Assembly: GCA_963781885.1 (NCBI GenBank)
Contig: CAWAHW010000006.1
Span: forward strand, 96,001 to 160,000
Length of the DNA stretch: 64,000 bases
Source of the DNA: an uncultured Spirochaetota bacterium
GTDB taxonomy: Bacteria; Spirochaetota; Spirochaetia; SZUA-6; Fen-1364
Reading direction: 5' to 3'
Below are positions 47,717-57,976 of this stretch, piece after piece. Under the pieces are notes generated by a model. The model was not told where the DNA came from and ran no database searches. It saw nothing but the letters and a program-made list of their open reading frames with translations. The translations under genes and the position numbers were made by a program. How positions within the stretch are numbered: position 1 is the first letter of the stretch; each line of letters starts with the position of its first letter.

Positions 47717-47718
47717 GC

Positions 47719-48543
47719 TCAGCCGAACCTCCCCGTGATGTAGTCCTCCGTCTGTTTCACCTTGGGCGCCGTGAACACCTCGGGGCCTTCGCCGCATTCC
47801 ACGAGCTCGCCGGCGAGGAAGAATGCCGCCACGTCGGCGATGCGCGCCGCCTGCTGCACGCTGTGCGGCACGATCACCACCGCATAATCCCTTTTCAGCT
47901 CGTCGAGCGACTCTTCCACCTTGGCCGTGGAGATGGGGTCGAGACCGGATGTCGGCTCGTCCAGGAGGAGGACCTCGGGCTCCAGAGCGAGGCTGCGCGC
48001 GATGCAGAGGCGCTGCTGCTGTCCGCCGGAAAGGCTCAGCGCGGGTGAATCGAGCCGGTCGCGCACCTCGGTCCAGAGAGCGGCCTGCGTGAGGCTGCGC
48101 TCCATGATCTCCGACAGCCGCGACGCGCTGCGTTCCCCCGCAAGCCGCGGACCGTAGATGACGTTCTCACGCACCGTGCCCGGCAGGGGCAGGGGAAGGG
48201 CAAAGACCATGCCGACCCTGCGGCGCAGCCCCGTCACGTCCATGCCGGGGGCGTAAATGTCCTCGCCGTCCAGGAGGATGCGGCCCGTCATTTGCGTGTC
48301 TTCCACCAGGTCGTTCAGCCGGTTCACCAGCCGCATGAGCGTGGTCTTTCCCCCGCCCGCGGGACCGAAAAGCACGGTCACCGCGTGGTCCGGCACGGAC
48401 AGGGTGACGCCGTTCAGCATCTGCCGGCCCGAGTACCAGTAGCTCACCCCTTCGATGCGGATCTTCGGCTCGAGTCCCGCATCGGAGGCGGCGGGCGCGC
48501 GACCCCGTTCCATGGCGCCCTGCGTGGCGTTCGGCGCTACCAT
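47719..48543 (-). CDS. pstB: Phosphate ABC ATPase paralogue with atypical Q-loop
   Basis: [45 protein letters not shown]. Confidence 0.88.
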   Translation of the reverse strand: MVAPNATQGAMERGRAPAASDAGLEPKIRIEGVSYWYSGRQMLNGVTLSVPDHAVTVLFGPAGGGKTTLMRLVNRLNDLVEDTQMTGRILLDGEDIYAPGMDVTGLRRRVGMVFALPLPLPGTVRENVIYGPRLAGERSASRLSEIMERSLTQAALWTEVRDRLDSPALSLSGGQQQRLCIARSLALEPEVLLLDEPTSGLDPISTAKVEESLDELKRDYAVVIVPHSVQQAARIADVAAFFLAGELVECGEGPEVFTAPKVKQTEDYITGRFG

Positions 48544-49382
48544 TGCCGCTTCCGCCTGAAATGCCGCCGGATGACGGATGCCACGATGTTGAGGGAGAGC
48601 ACGAGCGCCAGCAGCACGAGCGCCGTGCCGTACTGCACGGAAAGCGGCATGCCGGGGACCTGCGTGCTGATCACGTACAGGTGATAGGGCAGGGCCATGG
48701 TCTGGTCCATCGGCGATCTAGGGAGCCGGGGAAGATAGAATGCCGCCACGGTGAAGAGAATCGGGGCGGTCTCCCCCGCGGCGCGCAGGAGCCCGAGGAT
48801 CACGCCGGTGATGATGCCGGGAAGGGCCTGGGGAAGGACGATGGTGCGGATGCCCTGCCAGCGCGTGCCCCCCAGGCTGGCCGACACCGTGCGGAACTCC
48901 TGCGGCACGGCGCGCAGGGCCTCCTCCGCCGTGCTGATGATGACGGGCAGGGTCATGATGGCGAGCGTGAGGGACCCGGCGAGTATGGACGTGCCGAATC
49001 GGAAGAACAGCACGAACATGCCCAAGCCGAAAAGGCCGTACACTATGGAAGGAATACCGGCGAGATTGACGATGGCCAGCCGGATGGCGCGCGTGAGACG
49101 GGTGTCCCGGGCATACTCGGACAGGTAGATCGCGCCGCCCACCCCGATGGGCACCGCCACGAGCGCCGTGCCGAGCGTGAGGAGCAGCGTGCCGACGATG
49201 GCGGGAAGTATGCCCCCCTCCTTCATGCCCCCACGCGGCATCGTGGAGAGAAACTGCCAGTTGATGGCCACGATGCCGCGGGCCACGATCACCCCGATCA
49301 CCAGCAGAATCGGCGCAACGACAACGAAGGTGATGAAGCCGAGGAACGCGAAGCCCAGCCGCTGCACGCCAGCCCTGTTCAT
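48537..49382 (-). CDS. pstA: Phosphate ABC permease PstA (second operon)
   Basis: NLAGIPSIVYGLFG, RAAGETAPILFT. Confidence 0.93.
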   Translation of the reverse strand: MNRAGVQRLGFAFLGFITFVVVAPILLVIGVIVARGIVAINWQFLSTMPRGGMKEGGILPAIVGTLLLTLGTALVAVPIGVGGAIYLSEYARDTRLTRAIRLAIVNLAGIPSIVYGLFGLGMFVLFFRFGTSILAGSLTLAIMTLPVIISTAEEALRAVPQEFRTVSASLGGTRWQGIRTIVLPQALPGIITGVILGLLRAAGETAPILFTVAAFYLPRLPRSPMDQTMALPYHLYVISTQVPGMPLSVQYGTALVLLALVLSLNIVASVIRRHFRRKRQW

Positions 49383-50317
49383 CGCAGGCCCCCCTTGCGT
49401 TTCTTCTGGAAGATCGCAGAGGCCGCCGCGAGATTGATGAGGAACGTGAGGATGAAGAGGATGATGCCGATGCCGAATAGCATATGGTAGTGCGTGCTGC
49501 CGCGGGCAACCTCGCCCATCTCCGCGGCGATGGTGGCCGTCATCGTGCGGACCGGGCGGAAGAGCGACGAAAGCGACGTCGGCATGACCGCCGCATTTCC
49601 CGTCACCATCATCACCGCCATCGTCTCACCGATTGCCCGGCCCATGCCCAACATGACCGCCGTGAGGATGCCCGAGCGCGCGCCGGGCACGACCACCCGC
49701 CATATCGTCTGCCACTGGGTGGCGCCCATCGCGAGCCCGGCGTCCCGCAGGCTCTTGGGCACGGAGTCCAGGGCGTCTTCCGCCACCGTGATGATGGTGG
49801 GAAGCGCCATGTAGGCAAGGATGAGCGCCCCGGAAAACGCGGTGAGACCGGTGGGCACGCCCAGCACTTCCCGCACCAGCGGCGCGACAAATGTCATGCC
49901 GAAGAAACCCAGCACGACGGAGGGAACGCCGGACAGCACCTCGATGATCGGCTTCAGGATCTCGCGCGCCCATCGCGGCGCAACCTCCCGGACGAAAACG
50001 GCGGTGGCCAGGCCGAGGGGGAGGGCGATGACAATGGAGAGCAGCGTGACCAGGAGCGAACCGAGTATGAGCGGCAGGGTGCCGAAGATGCCGTACGTGG
50101 GATACCAGTGGGCAGAGAAAAGCTCCCGCGGGGAGACCTGGAAGAACGCGGGCACTCCCTCTTGCAAAAGGAACAGGAAGATGAGGAGCACGAAGCCGAT
50201 GGTGGAAAACCCCAGCGCGCGGATGAGGGTCTCCAGCGCAAACTCGGAAACGCGCGTGCGTCGTCCCCGGCCCGTCGCGCCGGGGGTGCGCTTCTTCATC
50301 ACCGAAGGATCGCTCAC
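49379..50317 (-). CDS. pstC: Phosphate ABC permease PstC (second operon)
   Basis: EVLSGVPSVVLG, GRAIGETMAV, TIAAEMGE. Confidence 0.93.
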   Translation of the reverse strand: MSDPSVMKKRTPGATGRGRRTRVSEFALETLIRALGFSTIGFVLLIFLFLLQEGVPAFFQVSPRELFSAHWYPTYGIFGTLPLILGSLLVTLLSIVIALPLGLATAVFVREVAPRWAREILKPIIEVLSGVPSVVLGFFGMTFVAPLVREVLGVPTGLTAFSGALILAYMALPTIITVAEDALDSVPKSLRDAGLAMGATQWQTIWRVVVPGARSGILTAVMLGMGRAIGETMAVMMVTGNAAVMPTSLSSLFRPVRTMTATIAAEMGEVARGSTHYHMLFGIGIILFILTFLINLAAASAIFQKKRKGGLR

Positions 50318-51213
50318 GTGCCGCTCCCCGAAAGCGGCACGAAACCGAGCGGCGTGACGATCTCCTGGCCCCCGGTCCGCACCCAGTCGAGGTACTCCTT
50401 CACCAGGCCCGTCGGCTGCCCGGCGGTGTACATGTACAGCGGCCGGGAGATGGGGTAGCTCTTGTCCAGGACCGTGCGGGCCGAGGGCAGCACGTAGGGG
50501 CCGTCGGCGGTGCGCGCCACGGCGATCGTCTTCTGGTCCGCGGTGACGTATCCCAGACCGTCATACCCGATGGCATTCGGGTTCTGGCGTATCTCGGCGC
50601 TGATGCCCTCCGACGACGGCATCAGGAGCGTCTCCGGTGAAAAAAGCGCGTTGCTCTTCGCGTCGCCGCCGCGCAGGACCTGCTCCAGGAAGTAGACGTA
50701 CGTGCCGGAGTTCGATTCGCGCGACAGGAGGACCACCGGTCGATTCTCTCCACCGACGCCGCTCCATCGCGTGAGCGCGCCGACGTACAGCGAGGCGATC
50801 TGGCCGATGGTGAGGCCGCTCACGGGGTTGCGCGGGTTTTCCACCACGGCAATGGCGTCCAGCGCAACGGTGAACCGCACGGGCTCGATGCCGTTTTTCC
50901 GTGCCTGGGCGATCTCCTCCGCGGTCATCTCGCGGGACGCGTTGGCAATCTGGATGGTGCCGTTGATGAGGGAGGCGATTCCCGTGCCCGAGCCGCCGCC
51001 AGTGACCGAAATGCGCACCTGCGGCCGCAGGCTCATGTAGCGCTCGGCCCAGGCAAGGGCGAGATTCACGAGCGTATCGGAGCCCGTGTTCTGGAGGGAC
51101 ATGATCTCCTGGGGAGCACCGGCCTGCGCGGATTTTCCGCCCGCGCATCCGGCAATGAATGCGGCCGATAGACACACCACGGCCAGCATTCGCTTGCTTC
51201 CCTTGCCCGACAC
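50314..51213 (-). CDS. pstS: Phosphate-binding lipoprotein (second operon, different PstS subfamily)
   Basis: Lipobox IAGC; GSDT, GGGSGTGI, NASR, RESNSGT, YPISRPLY. Confidence 0.92.
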   Translation of the reverse strand: MSGKGSKRMLAVVCLSAAFIAGCAGGKSAQAGAPQEIMSLQNTGSDTLVNLALAWAERYMSLRPQVRISVTGGGSGTGIASLINGTIQIANASREMTAEEIAQARKNGIEPVRFTVALDAIAVVENPRNPVSGLTIGQIASLYVGALTRWSGVGGENRPVVLLSRESNSGTYVYFLEQVLRGGDAKSNALFSPETLLMPSSEGISAEIRQNPNAIGYDGLGYVTADQKTIAVARTADGPYVLPSARTVLDKSYPISRPLYMYTAGQPTGLVKEYLDWVRTGGQEIVTPLGFVPLSGSGT

Positions 51214-51315
51214 GGGGGTGAGTGTTGTCGATTACCGGACAGGTGTCAAGAAACGGCCTGTCGACGCCTCATCGGCGCGCTGCGCGGGAACGGTCCCTCC
51301 GCTTTAATAAAGTCG

Positions 51316-51368
51316 TTGACAGAATGTAAAACATGTTATACATTACGAATTGTAAAACATATTTTACA
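51316..51368 (+). promoter_or_regulatory. Sigma70 promoter overlapped by two palindromic XRE operators
   Basis: TTGACA (51316)-17 bp-TACATT; TGTAAAACATGTTATACA (51325-42) and TGTAAAACATATTTTACA (51351-68). Confidence 0.78.
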
Positions 51369-51383
51369 TGGAGGAATCATGCC

Positions 51384-51785
51384 ATGACGCGCAAGAGGTA
51401 TTCACTCCTGCTTCCCGCCGCGATGACGTTTCTCATGGTGTCCGGCTTTGCCCTGGGGATTGCCGATCCGAAGCTTACGTCCCTCTTCTTTCTGCTCTAC
51501 GCACTCGTGGGCGGCGTGATTGTCGTCGTTGTCGATCGGGCAGCCCGGCAAAAGGTCGATGAGCCGTTGACAGACGAAAGGATCCAGGGTATCGCCGAAA
51601 AATCTGCCTGGCTCTCCCTGCGTGTCAGCATGGCCCCCCTCGGTGTCGGCGGCTTCCTGCTCATCTATGCATTTCCGTCGGTTGCAGGGCTTCGGCTGAT
51701 CGGCATCGGCGCGGTTTGCTCGCTTGCCCTGCTGTTCCTGATCTTTGGAGTCGCTTACGGGTTGGTGCGGAGCAGGACAGAGTGA
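51384..51785 (+). CDS. DUF2178-like small membrane protein
   Basis: 4 TMs around TDERIQGIAEKSA; coupled to the XRE gene. Confidence 0.7.
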   Translation: MTRKRYSLLLPAAMTFLMVSGFALGIADPKLTSLFFLLYALVGGVIVVVVDRAARQKVDEPLTDERIQGIAEKSAWLSLRVSMAPLGVGGFLLIYAFPSVAGLRLIGIGAVCSLALLFLIFGVAYGLVRSRTE

Positions 51786-51982
51786 TCCGCAACAAGGTGC
51801 ATGAGCTGCGCGTCCAGGCGGGGTTGACGCAGGAGGAGCTTGCGCGACGACTCATGGTGACCCGGCAGACCATCATCTCTCTTGAAAAGAACAGGTATGT
51901 CCCTTCCCTCGAGATGGGGTTCAAGGTCGCCCGGGCATTCGGCAGGAGCATCGAGCAGGTCTTCGAGCATCGCGAAAAATAG
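51782..51982 (+). CDS. XRE-family HTH regulator
   Basis: NKVHELR..LTQEELA..VTRQTIISLEKNRYVPSLE. Confidence 0.92.
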   Translation: MIRNKVHELRVQAGLTQEELARRLMVTRQTIISLEKNRYVPSLEMGFKVARAFGRSIEQVFEHREK

Positions 51983-52056
51983 CGGTCGGATCCGGCCGCT
52001 GCCGGTCGTTGACTTCTGCTTTTCTTCACCATATAGTCCGGCGCATTCAAGGTGGC

Positions 52057-54589
52057 ATGATGAAAAAGAAAGTTCTTCTCGTCGCGCTCTATCTCCAGTC
52101 CATGCTCGTGTTTCCCCAGGCGGCAACCAGCGTCATCCATGGCAAGGTTACGGCGGACGGGCCCGTTGCCAACGCCAATGTCGGGATCAAGGAAACCGGC
52201 GAGCTTGCCACCACCGACGCGAACGGGCTCTTCTCACTGGAGACAACCTCTCTGGGAAAGGTCACCCTGGTCGTGACGGCCATGGGCTTCGACGCGTATG
52301 AAAGGGCGCTCACGCTGCCCTTCACGGAGGAGATCGACATACGCCTGCAGAAGCAGACCGTGGAGATGGAGGCCATCCACGTGGAAGCGCCGCGCGTGCC
52401 CACGCCGGACCAGACGGCGACCATCGACACCGTGCCCAAGGAACAGATCAAGAACGAGCCCACGGCGGGGGATCCATTCGCCGTCGTGGACCAGGAGGAG
52501 GGAGTCGTCCCGCCGGACCAGCTCAGCGATCCGGGGTATGCGGTCTCGTCGCTCACCCTGAGCCTTTCGGACACGGGGCGTTCCACATACTCCGTCTACG
52601 GCGCCGACAGCGATTTCAATACCTACTATTATGATTACATCCGCATCCCTTTCAACGAGCACGCCGGTGTCGATACCCCCGTGATTCCGGTGGAGGCGGT
52701 GTCATCCATGGATATCACCAAGGGCATCGCTCCGCTGGATTTCGGTCCGGGCATCGGCGGCTTTTTCCGCGCCATACCGGATTCCAGCTTCACGAAGGAT
52801 TCCACGGTGCTCCTCACTCCCAGCTCGAACCAGGTCGGTGTCATCTGGAAGAAGAGATTCTCACCGCAAAGCGGCCTGCTCCTCTCCGCGACAAAGTCCC
52901 TGACGGAGCTCACCTCGCCGGTTTTCATCTGGGCCTACAAGTACCTGTTCGACTCCATGGGCCTCCCGATCTTCACGGCATCGCCGGTCCTCATCCCCTC
53001 CTATGGCGACCTTCTCCTGCGCTATTTCACCAGCGTCAATTCCCAGACGCTCTCTCTCGATGCGCTGGGCTACTACGACTGGTCGCGCAGCGCGCTGGAC
53101 ATGCTGGGCAACTACGACGAATCGTCACAAACGTTCCCCTGGTACGGCGCGGTGGGCTTCCACTGGACCGCGCCGCCGGCGCCGTCCGTGCTCAACGACG
53201 CGAGCGCTTACGCATCCATGTACATGCGCACCGGGACCGCCGACATGAACATGGACCTGGAGAGCTTCGTCAACTCCGTTGCCGGGCTGTACAACATCGA
53301 CCCGCAGGCGATGATGGCGGAGCTCCAGGGTGACGTGGTGAACGCGCACATGCACGAGGTGCCGACCATGCAGATCACGAGCTTCGAAGGAAAGGATGCG
53401 GTGTCCTTTTTTCCATCGGATGCAACCAGCCTGACGGTGGGCCTGGACGGGCGCTACTCCATCCTGAGCGGCAGCTATGAGGCGAACACCGACCTCAATA
53501 TCCAGATGTTTGGCGTCTCCATGTCGGAGAAGTATACGGTGCCTCTTTTCGTGATCAATGAGAATGTCGCGAAGATCAACGCCTTCGCGTCCGTGGACAC
53601 CCAGGTGGCGCCGTTCGATCTGCGCGCGAGCGCGGCGTACACGTGGTTTCCCCTCCACGGCTTTTCCGCGCCGTCCCTGGACGGGGAAGTGTCCTGGAGC
53701 GGCGCCGGCGGGTGGAGCGCGTCGCTGCGCACGGGGTGGTCCGTCGGCGCCTACGACGAGTTCGCCTACCTGGAGCGCCGGATGAACGAAGCGGTGCTGG
53801 GACTGTCCCAGACATCCTCCTATTCAAACCTTCCCTCGTCCGTGGCGGCAATGGGCAAGGTGATCTATTCGCCCAGCAAGACCTCCAGCCTCGTGTTCGA
53901 GCCCTATTTCTCCTGGTACTACAACCTGTCCGGTCTTGCCCTGTACGCGTCGTACCTCGATCCCTACAGGACGGGCGCGGACGCGCGTGACCTTGTGTCC
54001 ATCACGGAGACGCTGGACCCCGACGTCGGTTTTTCCGCGGGCGCGGGCCTGTCCTGGCGGTACACGCAGGCCGGCACCCACTGGGAGCTCAGCTACATCC
54101 CGTCTCTCACCATGTACCACAGCCGAAACCCCGGGACGGACCCGTGGTTCTACCCGAACAATGACGTGCGCCACGTCCTGAAAAGCACCTGCTCTTTCAC
54201 ACTGCCCGGCAACAACCTGCTCTCCGCTTCCCTGGACTTCTACATGGACAAGCCGTTCACCCCGGAGGTCGTGGTGGACCCGACGAACGGGACGCTTGCC
54301 AAGCAGGCTTTCAACAGCGCGCGGGACCTCGTGCCCCGGTTCACGCTGGGCGTGAAGTGGGAAAGGGATTCCGAAGCTCTTCGGCCTTCCGGGGCGCTAC
54401 GAGATCAACTGCCGGAACATTCTGGCGTTCCTGGATCCCGAGCTTATCGGCATGAAGCAGGACAGCCTGTCGGTGCAGGGCGCGTCCACGAGCGATTTCG
54501 CCAACAGGAACTACACGTTTCTGCGGACGGACCTCTTCGATATCCTTCAGAACATGGAGATCGAGATCGGAGGAACCTACTCACTCTGA
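52057..54589 (+). CDS. TonB-dependent-receptor-like outer-membrane protein (frameshift near 54370)
   Basis: Signal peptide, CarboxypepD_reg-like domain, plug-like IPVEAVSSMDITKG, barrel-like region; alternative frame ends ...IEIGGTYSL* overlapping the tonB ATG. Confidence 0.72.
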
Positions 54590-55335
54590 TGCGACCTGCG
54601 CGGGATCGGCTTCTTCTCGGGACGGCCATCCTCGTTTCGCTGGCGCTGCACGCCGCCCTTGTCGTGATCCACGTTCCCGCCGCGGAAAGGGCGCCGTCCG
54701 TTTCCCTCGAGGTCGTGCCGGTGGACCTGAACGCGGATGCAGACGATGTTCCCATGGCCGGTGGTCCGCCCGCCGCCCGGCAGGACCTGCCGCCGGAGCG
54801 CGCGGAGGAAACGACGCCTCCCGCGTCCCCTCCGCCGCAGGAAATCGCCGACATTCCGGAAGTGACGCCCCCGCCCGAGGCCGCGCCCGCGCCCGAAAGC
54901 CCCGCACCGGAAAGCCCCGCGCCCGAAAGCGCCGCCGACACCACACCTGCCGCCGCGGTCACTCCGGACCTCGTGGAGATCCCGAAGGAGGCCGTTGCAA
55001 GCGGCGGCGTCTCCGGCGGCACGGGGCTTCCGGGCGGGGGCGCGTCGGTCACCGGGGCGGAAACGGGCGGTTCTTCCGCGCAGGCGCCGGCATCGAAGGA
55101 ACGGCACTATATACCGTACTTCACCGTTGACCGGCCGCCCCGGGCCGTCACGCAGGCCGCGCTTATCTACCCCTACCAGGCCCGACGGAGGAACCTTGAA
55201 GGCACGGTGGTGCTGGAGGCGGACATCGATGAGACGGGGAAAGTGCAGGCGGTCCGGGTGGTGAAGGCCGCCGGCTTCGGATTCGACGAGGCGGCGGTGA
55301 CGTACATCAAGGGGTCGACGTTCACGCCCGCCTAA
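54589..55335 (+). CDS. tonB: Energy transducer TonB, C-terminally truncated at the prophage junction
   Basis: SLALH TM anchor, Pro-rich linker, YPYQARRRNLEGTVVL...FDEAA..FTPA*; the last strand(s) are missing. Confidence 0.82.
   Translation: MRPARDRLLLGTAILVSLALHAALVVIHVPAAERAPSVSLEVVPVDLNADADDVPMAGGPPAARQDLPPERAEETTPPASPPPQEIADIPEVTPPPEAAPAPESPAPESPAPESAADTTPAAAVTPDLVEIPKEAVASGGVSGGTGLPGGGASVTGAETGGSSAQAPASKERHYIPYFTVDRPPRAVTQAALIYPYQARRRNLEGTVVLEADIDETGKVQAVRVVKAAGFGFDEAAVTYIKGSTFTPA
54886..54930 (+). repeat. 3 x 15-bp coding tandem repeat (PAPES)
   Basis: CCCGCGCCCGAAAGC-type units in the tonB linker. Confidence 0.7.
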
Positions 55336-55418
55336 GTAGAATATATCTATTATTACCCCAATGAATTTAGGGCTTGATACCCAATTTGGACTTTTCAAAC
55401 ATAAAAACGTCGAACAAC

Positions 55419-55613
55419 TTATTCTGCTTTACCTCGGCCAAAACAAGGAGCTTGAAGTCGGCGAGGTTCAGGGGCAGGAGAGTGGGTTGTCAATTGTTCG
55501 TACCGCGAAAAAGCTTCGTCGAGTAAGCGATCTTTTGAGGCTTGTGAGAGATCGAGATCGGTCAACGATATCAGGTTATCGTTCATAAAAACTATCATAT
55601 CGGTCCGCGTCAT
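55419..55613 (-). CDS. Small phage hypothetical protein
   Basis: AAAGGAG RBS; 64 aa. Confidence 0.5.
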   Translation of the reverse strand: MTRTDMIVFMNDNLISLTDLDLSQASKDRLLDEAFSRYEQLTTHSPAPEPRRLQAPCFGRGKAE

Positions 55614-55683
55614 CAGGTGTTCTCCTTTCACTTCTCTATGCTGCCAAGCCTATCATACCCCTACGGATGCCGACATACAAACT

Positions 55684-56046
55684 TCAGTCTTCGCCCTCGA
55701 CCATTATAGTCAGAACTGGATCGGGTGTGTCCCCGGGTCCGCACCATCCCCAAAGTTCAACTTCCTGCAAACCCCCTTCCTGCTGGTAGGCAACTTTGAA
55801 ATGAACTTCCTGGCTGTTGGTCTTCTTGGCCACGACGGCAAACAAACAGAGAGTGTCCCACAGCCTGCCCATTACGCTCTGTCCGCTCTTCTCAGGGAAT
55901 GTTGAAAGCAAGGCCCATACTCTTGCGGTCACAGCCGTCGGCCATTTGATCCCTACTTCCTTTGCCAATGTGGTCACATCCACGAGGGTGCCATCTGCCA
56001 GTGCTTGTGCTCTGGTATAGGAATAGATGACATCCCATTCATCCAT
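55684..56046 (-). CDS. DUF6573-like phage/plasmid protein
   Basis: VIYSYTRAQALADGTLVDVT, GRLWD, GPGD..PVLTIM..ED. Confidence 0.75.
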   Translation of the reverse strand: MDEWDVIYSYTRAQALADGTLVDVTTLAKEVGIKWPTAVTARVWALLSTFPEKSGQSVMGRLWDTLCLFAVVAKKTNSQEVHFKVAYQQEGGLQEVELWGWCGPGDTPDPVLTIMVEGED

Positions 56047-56209
56047 CAGCCATTCCCTCATCAGCTGCGATCTGATCCACCATCTCCGAGGGAGCCATTC
56101 CACTCTCATAGAAGTCAGCATAGAGTTGGTCGGGCAGATCGTGGATGGAAACGCCGTACTTCTGCTCCATCAACTCATCCACCTTCTCCATCCACTGGTC
56201 GAAGTTCAT
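56039..56209 (-). CDS. Acidic 56-aa phage microprotein (not in the ORF track)
   Basis: MNFDQWMEKVDELMEQKYGVSIHDLPDQLYADFYESGMAP...; overlaps both neighbours; AAGGA RBS. Confidence 0.65.
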   Translation of the reverse strand: MNFDQWMEKVDELMEQKYGVSIHDLPDQLYADFYESGMAPSEMVDQIAADEGMADG

Positions 56210-56538
56210 TTCAAGTCCTTCTCCTTTGCCCCTTTCCTTTGCGGTTTGAACTCAACGTGCTCAGCCACGATCACCACTTTCTCTGTTTCTTGTTTGAGGC
56301 GTCCAACGACTCGCACTCCGCGGCCCTTCTTTAGGTGTTCAGCGCAGACTTCAGCAAGCCGAAGATGAGTATCAACCGCGAAGTAGAAGACCTCCTCTAC
56401 GAGGTCTTGGCCTTCAACCTTGACGGTCCGATAGTTTTCAAGTTTGAACCGACAGACGGCTGCACCTTTCTCGGTGTAGGACAACTCTGGATCGCTAACC
56501 AGGAAGCCTTCCAAAAGGACGCTATTCAAATTATTCAT
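56206..56538 (-). CDS. ssb: Single-stranded DNA-binding protein, short, without an acidic tail
   Basis: NSVLLEG.LV.DPEL.YT.KG.AVCRF, KKGRGVRVVGRLKQ, VAEHVEFKP. Confidence 0.9.
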   Translation of the reverse strand: MNNLNSVLLEGFLVSDPELSYTEKGAAVCRFKLENYRTVKVEGQDLVEEVFYFAVDTHLRLAEVCAEHLKKGRGVRVVGRLKQETEKVVIVAEHVEFKPQRKGAKEKDLK

Positions 56539-56732
56539 CTGCCCCTCCTCTTATTTTTTATTGTATAAAAGTGGGGGGTAGATAGGTAAACAAAAGGGCT
56601 GAGTCGCGGCAGGTTGAAGTTCTATTTTCGCTATTGAGTCTTGAAGTATTTGCGGTTGTACCCCACTATTAGACCTTCAACCAAGGTTCTGTGTTGATGA
56701 AACACTGTAGTTGGCCTTAGGGAGGCAAACAA

Positions 56733-57332
56733 TTGCAGATAAAAAGTTTCTTCAAGAGCGCAGGCGGAGTATTGGTAGTTGTAGTTCTGATTGCGGCCTA
56801 CTTCTTAGGCGTGGGTTACAGCTTCTATCGTTTTGGCGTCGGCGAAGGCTTAACAACCATATCTGCACCTCCATATGCTTGGTTTAGAGCCGCCTCTATT
56901 ATCTGGACGCCACCCAAGTGGAAAGAAGACTGGGATCTAAACACAGGCAACCTGGCATTTGTTCTCATTTATGATGATGGATCAGATGCTTCAACTACAT
57001 ACAAGTTTCGTCAGTATGAAGATGACCTGAAGAAGTGGCTAAACACAGTGCCTGCCTCTGTTCGGAAAGGTCTTAGGGCAGACGCAACCGGACTGTGTAA
57101 CGCCTATCTCGCATATGGTGAACAACTTATTAACAGATTAATTCGGATGAAAAATGCGGGCGACCTTGACATCATTTTCAAGTCACAGTCTGTTCAAGAG
57201 TCTGTTGACGTGTTCAAACATCAAAAGGGCTTCTCAGATGTATGGGAGAAGTTTAGAACCCAACAGATGACAGCGGTGGCAGCGCTAAATGATCAACTCA
57301 GCAAACTTGGCGACACGAGTTCCCTGAATTAA
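56733..57332 (+). CDS. Hypothetical membrane protein (moron-like)
   Basis: GGAGG RBS, N-terminal TM, opposite strand to the flanking phage genes. Confidence 0.6.
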   Translation: MQIKSFFKSAGGVLVVVVLIAAYFLGVGYSFYRFGVGEGLTTISAPPYAWFRAASIIWTPPKWKEDWDLNTGNLAFVLIYDDGSDASTTYKFRQYEDDLKKWLNTVPASVRKGLRADATGLCNAYLAYGEQLINRLIRMKNAGDLDIIFKSQSVQESVDVFKHQKGFSDVWEKFRTQQMTAVAALNDQLSKLGDTSSLN

Positions 57333-57421
57333 CAACCACTCTACGCGATAGTTTCCAAGCAGGCAAGAAGCAGTTTGAAGCGAGAATAGACTCTTACTTC
57401 TCTCCAGTACCAGGACAGTAG

Positions 57422-57976
57422 ATGTGTGACATACTTCAGCACTACGGTTCTTTTATCTCTGGTCTTCTTGGCTTTAGCGGCATCATTTTGACTCTAATCA
57501 TTCAGAGAGCTGCCAGAACCGTCAATATGCACGTGAAGATGAGAAGTCTCAAAGAGAGCTGCTAGGAAGCTAAGGCAGAAGAACTGCTTTACACACTGGA
57601 AATGCTGGACATTGCACGGGAGGAAATAACGAGGAACACGAGCATTTTTGATGAAAAGAGCGGTCAACGTCCTGCGAGGAAGGCTGCACAGAAGTGTGAA
57701 GTCCTGATGCAGTACTACTTTCCCTTTCTTTTGTCAAACGAACTTAGTCCAACTGAAATACTGGCTAAATGGAACAACGAATGGAGCGAACTTGATAAGA
57801 AGGCTTTGGCCGGAGAGATAAAAACCCCTCAGCACCTTGTGGACGAGAGGAAGCGACTATTACGGGAAGCCGAGACAACATCCAATAAGTTTCAAGAACA
57901 GTTCTTGAAGATGGACCTGTATCAGAAAAAGAAGGCTTGGGGACAGGAACAAAAGAAGCTCCCTCAAAGCCGATAG
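57422..57976 (+). CDS. Hypothetical N-terminal-TM helical protein, apparently frameshifted
   Basis: MCDILQHYGSFISGLLGFSGIILTLIIQ in one frame, joining the 57602..57976 ORF. Confidence 0.45.

Noticed and set aside
52009-55335. Receptor-TonB fusion (1108 aa)
   Set aside because: An alternative frame supplies a barrel-like C-terminus that stops at the tonB ATG, so this is a frameshift artefact.
55325-55355. dif-like (Xer) site at the prophage junction
   Set aside because: Partial resemblance only (TAGAATATAT); the XerD arm does not match.
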